Positions 58,386 to 64,000 of a DNA stretch of 64,000 nucleotides are shown here, piece by piece. This DNA is from Shigella phage CM8. The notes under the pieces were generated by a model. The model was not told where the DNA came from and did not search any database. It saw only the letters and a list, made by a program, of their open reading frames with translations. Position 1 is the stretch's first letter. Every line of letters begins with the position of its first letter. A program made the position numbers and the translations under genes. The stretch lies in the sequence record MK962750; one strand, given 5' to 3'.

Positions 58386-60482
58386 TTATCCTTGAACGAA
58401 CTTGTAAGGCATGTTTGTAATATCTATGCAAGACGCAATAATTCCAAGAGATGATTCTACTTTCTGTTTAACATTTGATGAAACAAATGATGCAAAGTCA
58501 ACTCTGTCTTCTACTTCAATATCACCTGTCATTGCAACTACTTCGCCGGTTTCCATTAGATGGTCACCGTCATAAATTACCGATTCGGTGAGTTCTTCTG
58601 TGGTCATAACTTCAGCTTGAATGAGTTTTGTATTATTAGATGTTGTTCCGTCATTATTAGAAGCATCAGTTATTTTATTAACTTTAACCATCAATCCGCG
58701 CGGTAGAATAACTTCAGCTTCTGTTGCTATTCCGAGACTTCCTGGATATACAACATTAACTTTATGAGCTCCATCAATTGCCCATCCTATTTGAACTTTA
58801 ACGTATTCAGGATTTTCTTTATACGCTCTTATTTCGTTTGGATTAATAGTTATTCCTTCTTCATTTTTATCAACTGTTAATTCATTGCGAGCTTCTGGTT
58901 CTAAAAGACCAATACCAGCATGTGTAATTCCAAAACGTCCAAAAATGATAGGAGTTAAAGAAGTAGATACAAAATTTCTGAAATAGAACACTTTATTTTT
59001 AACTAGTGCTTCGTATATAGGAGCAGTCATACTTTGAGCACGATAAACTGTAATGCCTTCTGGTATACGGTCACCATTTTCAAAAGCTGAATCTAAATTA
59101 TTTATAGCAGATTCAATTTCTTTTTCACTCATTATATCATATCGTTCTGGATTGTAACGACCTAAAAGAAGATTATTGATGTCTGTATATCCTGAACCAC
59201 AATACTCTCTAATGCCGCGCTTTTGTGATGGAGTATATTTAGAACCATCACGGGCAATAGTAATATCAATCATTGGACCTGCACCAATTCCGGAAAAGCT
59301 ATAAATCATTCGTTTGAGGAATTTAGTTTTTGCTGCATTCCAGGCATTTTTAGTTATTTCTCCCCAGACTTCATCTGGCTGCCCTTTACGAGTTTTATTA
59401 TGTTTATCAAGCCAATTATCTTTATATTCTTCAAATAATTGATTAACAGCTGCTGCGTATTTCTCTAAACATTTTATTGAAGTAGTTGGTTCATTTTTAA
59501 TCGCATTAAGAATTACATCTTTAATTTTTTCTGAAACTTCACCGACTTGACTCATTGGAAAGAATTTATAATCATAGTGAAGTTCATCTGCCGTTCCTTC
59601 AGCAATAATTTTTGCTGCCTTAGTTTTAGAAGCTAATGAATTAATTCCAATTTTCATTTCTTCTGCTTCGGGAATTAAAGGTGCAGTAGCTGGTTTATTA
59701 AAATTAGCTGCTGTAGATTCATACTTCTGGAATAATTCACTTTCAAATCTAGAAGATTCCAATGACTGACTTTGTGCAATTGCTCTACGGGAAATTTTAA
59801 CTTTAACGATTACGGCTTGGTCAGAACGTTTATCATTTTCTTGTGCAATTGATGCTGCAATTGCCTCATTTTTAGTTACTTGGGCTCCAGTATCTTTATT
59901 GATATAAACATCACCGACTTTCGATTCAACTTTAGTAAAGAGCTCGGTACTAATTTCCGGAACTCCTGGAATGTCTTCTAGTGATACATTTTTGCGATGT
60001 ATAAGAATATATGCATACTTTTTATCATAATCCCAGAGTTCCTTAAGAAGGACGTATCTGCCACCTGAACGACTACGGATAAGTCTATCAGCAATAACTT
60101 GAATTTGTCGAGCTTGGCCAGCAGTTTTAGACTTAAGAATACGAAGCATACAAGCATCAATTTTATACTGACGCATTGTTTGCATTGCAACAGTAAAAAC
60201 TGAATTGATATAATTAATTGGGCTTGGACCAAGACCTTTTAATTTAGCAATTGAACCTTTAGCAGTTAATGTAAAAGGAACAATATGCATCATTTTATCG
60301 CCCATTTTTAAATCGCGATTAGTATCACCTCCAGATGTATAGGTACATAAACGAAAGCCTGGTTGTTCAATTGCATCATCAACGTGAACTGAAAAAATTT
60401 GTGGTATTTTCTTCTTTGGATTTAAGTTTGTAATCGGAAGAGTAGTATCTTCGTCAAATAATTCTGTAATGAGTTCCATCAT
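58386..60482 (-). CDS. alt: Alt-like ADP-ribosyltransferase, paralog B (698 aa); positional alt candidate
   Basis: Same architecture; catalytic motifs VYRAQS, FVSTSLTP, EAEVILPRG; minus-strand TATAAATA about 20 nt upstream; second ATG at 60479 is an alternative start. Confidence 0.8.
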   Translation of the reverse strand: MMELITELFDEDTTLPITNLNPKKKIPQIFSVHVDDAIEQPGFRLCTYTSGGDTNRDLKMGDKMMHIVPFTLTAKGSIAKLKGLGPSPINYINSVFTVAMQTMRQYKIDACMLRILKSKTAGQARQIQVIADRLIRSRSGGRYVLLKELWDYDKKYAYILIHRKNVSLEDIPGVPEISTELFTKVESKVGDVYINKDTGAQVTKNEAIAASIAQENDKRSDQAVIVKVKISRRAIAQSQSLESSRFESELFQKYESTAANFNKPATAPLIPEAEEMKIGINSLASKTKAAKIIAEGTADELHYDYKFFPMSQVGEVSEKIKDVILNAIKNEPTTSIKCLEKYAAAVNQLFEEYKDNWLDKHNKTRKGQPDEVWGEITKNAWNAAKTKFLKRMIYSFSGIGAGPMIDITIARDGSKYTPSQKRGIREYCGSGYTDINNLLLGRYNPERYDIMSEKEIESAINNLDSAFENGDRIPEGITVYRAQSMTAPIYEALVKNKVFYFRNFVSTSLTPIIFGRFGITHAGIGLLEPEARNELTVDKNEEGITINPNEIRAYKENPEYVKVQIGWAIDGAHKVNVVYPGSLGIATEAEVILPRGLMVKVNKITDASNNDGTTSNNTKLIQAEVMTTEELTESVIYDGDHLMETGEVVAMTGDIEVEDRVDFASFVSSNVKQKVESSLGIIASCIDITNMPYKFVQG

Positions 60483-60502
60483 ATCCTCTCTAGTGTTTAT
60501 TC

Positions 60503-60510
60503 TATTTATA
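60503..60510 (-). promoter_or_regulatory. late promoter TATAAATA upstream of Alt paralog B
   Basis: Reverse-strand consensus about 20 nt before the Alt-B start; consistent with Alt being made late and packaged. Confidence 0.6.
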
Positions 60511-60516
60511 AAATTA

Positions 60517-60534
60517 AAGGCCCGAAGGCCTTTA
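60517..60534 (-). terminator. hairpin downstream of the 62-aa gene, upstream of Alt-B
   Basis: aaaggcc-cgaa-ggccttt. Confidence 0.5.
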
Positions 60535-60720
60535 ATAATCTATTGGTAATAGAGTACGATATATTTCAAACTTTGGACCTTTTTCATAAGCATCAAAAGT
60601 TTCTGTGAATTTATTATAAGCATATGCATCTATAAATTCAATCATGATTTGCGATACAGAAGTAGAAACATCTCCACCTTCTTTTTGAGCCACGACAATT
60701 GTTTCTAAGTAAGCTTTCAT
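60532..60720 (-). CDS. small hypothetical protein (62 aa)
   Basis: Start overlaps the ligase stop (ATGA); hairpin terminator downstream. Confidence 0.5.
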   Translation of the reverse strand: MKAYLETIVVAQKEGGDVSTSVSQIMIEFIDAYAYNKFTETFDAYEKGPKFEIYRTLLPIDY

Positions 60721-62180
60721 AAACCAGTTACCTCATGAAAATCGCCAAATACATCTTCGAATGTATTAGCTTTAGTTTTATCTTCACGTAAACGAATCGC
60801 AATCGGAAGAAATAATTTAACGTAATCAGTGCGGCCATCAGATTTTAACCAACCGTTGCATTCGCACTCTAGAATTTTTCCAATATAATAATTTTGGTTT
60901 TCCATAATGCGAGTACGGTCAAGTTCATGCGATTTTACACCGGCTTTATCTTTTAAGCCTGAACCAGCATTTACTTTAATTTTTCCACACTCTGACTCAA
61001 GAATAAATCCACCCGCTTTAGTAGGGTCTTTACGGTGAGGATAAATTCCTACAATTTTTAAATCAACATCAATTACTTCTTTAAATTTATAAAGATTTTT
61101 TGAACGAGCATTTTCCCATAATCCATCGATATTTTTGAGAATAATACCTTCAAGACCTTGGTCAATATACTTTTTATAAATTACCTTAGCTTCATCTAGG
61201 TTATTTACTACCTGGTTTTCAATTAAAATTACTTTATCATAACCTGATGTCATTTGTTCTAGTTTAGAAAAACGTACATCATATTTCAAACGAAATGCAG
61301 GAAGACCGTATATTTCTACCAACGGGACATAATCCCAGACCTGAAACTTCATGCATTGTGCTTCTTTTTCAGAAATGGTTCCCTTTAAAGATTTATTAGC
61401 GATTCCATTAGAAGTAGTACGTGATTCAGCTACTTCGGCGAATTCTTTAGCTTTACTAATTTCAGGATAAGCATCAAAAAGAAAATCTAGGCCTTCTGGT
61501 TCCTTTTCAACTTGCTCATGGTATACCAATTCGCCATCAATTAACACACCTTCTGGATGAATCTGGCGAGCTTCTGCAGTCATTTTGATTAACTCTTCCT
61601 TGAGAAGATCTAATCCTAGATATTCATTACCAGCTCGTGATAAAAGACGAACATCATCTAATTCATCACCTCTGACTTCAGCAAAGCACCGAGCTCCATC
61701 AGCTTTTAACTGCGCAAAAGCTGGAAACTTGATATTCTTACTAATGCCTTTTTCATCATAAGAACTTGCCAGCATTTGAGGTTGTTCAGGAATTAAACCT
61801 GGCCAAACTTTGTTTGCAATAGATACTGAAGCACCACATTCAAGGTCTCGCATCATCACTCGACGCAAAACTTCAACATCATCTTTTTTACCATCGGTGA
61901 TGTATCCAGTTAATTCCTCAATTGCCGCATTTCCAGTCAATTTCCGAGTAGCTAACGTGAATTCAATGAAGTCAAGCATATCGGTAAGAGTCAACATTCC
62001 AAAACTCTGGGTAGCAATACCAGGTTTAGGCCATTTCTTGATATAATACTGTAACCCACGAGAATAAGTCAGACGATATACTCGTTTAAGCAATTCATTA
62101 TCTTTATTCTTTTCAAGAATTGCTTGCTTCTGTTTAGTTGAACCAATAGATGCTATTTCGTTCAGAATTTTAAGAATCAT
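60717..62180 (-). CDS. 30: gp30 ATP-dependent DNA ligase
   Basis: 487 aa; adenylation motif KADGAR; N-terminus MILKILNEIASIGSTKQKQ. Confidence 0.95.
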   Translation of the reverse strand: MILKILNEIASIGSTKQKQAILEKNKDNELLKRVYRLTYSRGLQYYIKKWPKPGIATQSFGMLTLTDMLDFIEFTLATRKLTGNAAIEELTGYITDGKKDDVEVLRRVMMRDLECGASVSIANKVWPGLIPEQPQMLASSYDEKGISKNIKFPAFAQLKADGARCFAEVRGDELDDVRLLSRAGNEYLGLDLLKEELIKMTAEARQIHPEGVLIDGELVYHEQVEKEPEGLDFLFDAYPEISKAKEFAEVAESRTTSNGIANKSLKGTISEKEAQCMKFQVWDYVPLVEIYGLPAFRLKYDVRFSKLEQMTSGYDKVILIENQVVNNLDEAKVIYKKYIDQGLEGIILKNIDGLWENARSKNLYKFKEVIDVDLKIVGIYPHRKDPTKAGGFILESECGKIKVNAGSGLKDKAGVKSHELDRTRIMENQNYYIGKILECECNGWLKSDGRTDYVKLFLPIAIRLREDKTKANTFEDVFGDFHEVTGL

Positions 62181-62446
62181 TGTTCATCCTTTAGAGTTTG
62201 GTTTACAGCTCTATTATAAATCAATTCATCATTAAGCTCAGTCAAAGACCTGTGGTACGTGGTTCTAACTTTATTTCCTTGCATCCAGTGCTTGACGTAA
62301 ATGAAACCTTGCTCTACACATTTTTTAAAAATTCGTTCGTCTTTTTGAGCTCGGAATTCTGGATTGCATCTAAAAAATTGATTTACGTGACCGTAATCAC
62401 GTGTAGTATTACCTTCATTTTCATAAATAGTGTGAACAACAAACAT
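62177..62446 (-). CDS. hypothetical protein (89 aa)
   Basis: ATG start; overlaps the ligase start; no motif recognised. Confidence 0.5.
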   Translation of the reverse strand: MFVVHTIYENEGNTTRDYGHVNQFFRCNPEFRAQKDERIFKKCVEQGFIYVKHWMQGNKVRTTYHRSLTELNDELIYNRAVNQTLKDEQ

Positions 62447-63285
62447 TAGAATGCTCCTTGGAAAATATTATCACCACTAGTAGGTCTATTATACAAATAC
62501 TCTATGCCACCAGGTTTAATATAGTTCCATGTCTGAAACGGATGTGTCTGATATGGATGATATAGATGATTATAAGGATTAAATCCAGGAGTTCTCCAGG
62601 TAGTGTTCCAAGGAAAAGAATCGTTTTTGATCATCTTCTCGATTGCATCTTTTATAGCTTTTTCACTATCAAAGCTTTCTTTATTTTCCTTTGGTGAAAA
62701 AAGCTTATTCTCTACATCGTTCCATGTATAAACTCGCTGAGCAGTTTTTGGAATATTGTCACGCTCTCCTCGAGCCATCCAATAAACAGGAACATTTAAT
62801 ATTTCACTCGCGTGATCGCAGTGGTGAGCGAGATCGTCAATATAACAAATTACGTTATATTTCTCTTTTGCCTTTTTGAACAACTCTTCTTTTGAAGAAT
62901 CATGACCACACATCATTACTTCTGAGAAGGCACCAGGAAAAAGAGCATTCAAATTAAATTGACGATTCAGCAGAGCGTCAATAGAATCACCCAGTGCTGT
63001 AACAGCTACAAAATTATAATCTTCTTTTAATTTGTTAATTACACACAGGGCATCTTTATACGGAGACAAGTAACGAATAAAATCTGAACGATTGTATTTT
63101 TCAATTAACTTGACGCCAAGTTCTTCATCACAATTAAAAAGTTTACCTGGAGAAATAAATTTCTCATCTTGGATCATTTTTAAAATATGTTCCAACGGAA
63201 GATTATATTTCTGAGCAAAATAAGGAAGGCCTGATTGCCAGCTTAAACATACTCCATCAATATCAGTTAAAATAGTAGGCTTCAT
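62446..63285 (-). CDS. HAD-superfamily hydrolase-like protein (putative phosphatase/nucleotidase)
   Basis: Motif I ILTDIDGV near the N-terminus, later VTALGD and YIDD; unusual Pro/Tyr/His-rich C-terminal tail (NPYNHLYHPYQTHPFQTWNY). Confidence 0.6.
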   Translation of the reverse strand: MKPTILTDIDGVCLSWQSGLPYFAQKYNLPLEHILKMIQDEKFISPGKLFNCDEELGVKLIEKYNRSDFIRYLSPYKDALCVINKLKEDYNFVAVTALGDSIDALLNRQFNLNALFPGAFSEVMMCGHDSSKEELFKKAKEKYNVICYIDDLAHHCDHASEILNVPVYWMARGERDNIPKTAQRVYTWNDVENKLFSPKENKESFDSEKAIKDAIEKMIKNDSFPWNTTWRTPGFNPYNHLYHPYQTHPFQTWNYIKPGGIEYLYNRPTSGDNIFQGAF

Positions 63286-63740
63286 AGAGAGTCTCTTAAT
63301 AGGTTTAACACATCAATAAATTCAGCTTCTGTTAGTATTGTATCATCTTTTGTTAGACCACTAGCCATGCTGTGCTTCAAAACTTTTCCTTTCGAGGCTT
63401 GTAATGCATCGCGAAAGCCTCTGTTTTGGATCGCTGCTTCAAAATATGCATTTGTGTATAATTCTTTCCACGCTGGGGAGTATCTTGAAAATGGAACTCC
63501 AAGCCAGAAGAGGGTTCCGCGGTCCTGAGCTCTTGCATAAGACCTTCCAGCTTGTTGGGCGGCAAGCCCGGATAACCCAAATATACGACGTTGTTGTTCA
63601 ACATTTTTCACCTTGCATCCTTGGAGGAATCCTTCAAGACCTCCAAATTGAATACCATCCATAACGAAAGGCCAATGGGCGAAATTACTTAATGCACATG
63701 ATGGCCATCTAAAATTGCTTCTAATCTCTAACTCAGACAT
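63282..63740 (-). CDS. candidate NADAR-family (YbiA/DUF1768-like) protein
   Basis: LSNFAHWPFVMDGIQFGGLEGFLQGCKV resembles the NADAR core as I recall it from E. coli YbiA (FSNFAAWP..DG......EHYFQAQKF); ORF track start is TTG, first ATG at 63740. Assignment from memory, not a search. Confidence 0.45.
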   Translation of the reverse strand: MSELEIRSNFRWPSCALSNFAHWPFVMDGIQFGGLEGFLQGCKVKNVEQQRRIFGLSGLAAQQAGRSYARAQDRGTLFWLGVPFSRYSPAWKELYTNAYFEAAIQNRGFRDALQASKGKVLKHSMASGLTKDDTILTEAEFIDVLNLLRDSL

Positions 63741-63939
63741 TTTCAATGCTTATAATTTCAACATCAGCCCAATGACCATAGTTTGGTAGACGAAATTCAA
63801 CTGGCCAGTCACTGCCTTTTTCTAATATAATAGACTTAACTTGTGGTTCTTCGTGTTCATCAGTATACGGATTTTTATCTGTTACTTTATATGTGACCTT
63901 AATGTACTGAATTCCAAAAATCTTATTAATTATATTCAT
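63733..63939 (-). CDS. small hypothetical protein (68 aa)
   Basis: ATG start; overlaps the next gene's start. Confidence 0.5.
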   Translation of the reverse strand: MNIINKIFGIQYIKVTYKVTDKNPYTDEHEEPQVKSIILEKGSDWPVEFRLPNYGHWADVEIISIENV

Positions 63940-63950
63940 ACTATTTCCTT

Positions 63951-64000
63951 TAATCCGTAGATAGGAGATAATTCATCGCCCATACGAAGGTCTTCATTCC
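63951..64000 (-). CDS. partial ORF (C-terminal end only; 5' part beyond window end)
   Basis: Open minus-strand frame ending ...MKTFVWAMNYLLSTD-stop near 63951; coordinates approximate. Confidence 0.3.

Overview
This window is a contiguous segment of a T4-like (T-even, Tequatrovirus-type) myovirus genome. No searches were run: every call rests on reading the ORF translations, on recalled T4 protein families, lengths and gene order, and on motifs visible in the sequence. Three blocks are visible. (1) About 1-9100: a minus-strand early/accessory region with small ORFs, a six-tRNA cluster interrupted by a GIY-YIG (SegB-like) and flanked by an HNH homing endonuclease, and an internal-protein (ip) locus in which each small gene is preceded by a repeated promoter-in-hairpin element; the ip locus carries a 974-bp direct tandem duplication that also copies the 3' end of gene 57B. 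(2) About 9100-55950: the conserved T4 late module in canonical order (57B-57A-1-3-2-4 on minus; 53-5-5.1-5.4-6-7-8-9-10-11-12-wac-13-14-15-16-17-18-19-20-67-68-21-22-23-24 on plus; rnlB-24.2-24.3-hoc-inh on minus; uvsW-uvsW.1; uvsY cluster-25-26 on minus; 51-27-28-29-48-54 on plus), with TATAAATA late promoters and GC-rich hairpin terminators. (3) About 55970-64000, minus strand: two tandem Alt-like ADP-ribosyltransferase paralogs, DNA ligase (gene 30), and upstream of it a HAD-like hydrolase and a candidate NADAR-family protein. The most promising leads for something undescribed are the duplicated cassette array of capsid-targeted small proteins, the paired ADP-ribosyltransferases next to a putative ADP-ribose-processing module, and two ORF-free structured-RNA candidates beside the tRNAs. 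The ORF track's first residue is sometimes a non-ATG codon (TTG seen), so several starts were moved to the first ATG with a Shine-Dalgarno-like sequence; hand-derived coordinates for RNAs, promoters and hairpins may be off by 1-2 nt.
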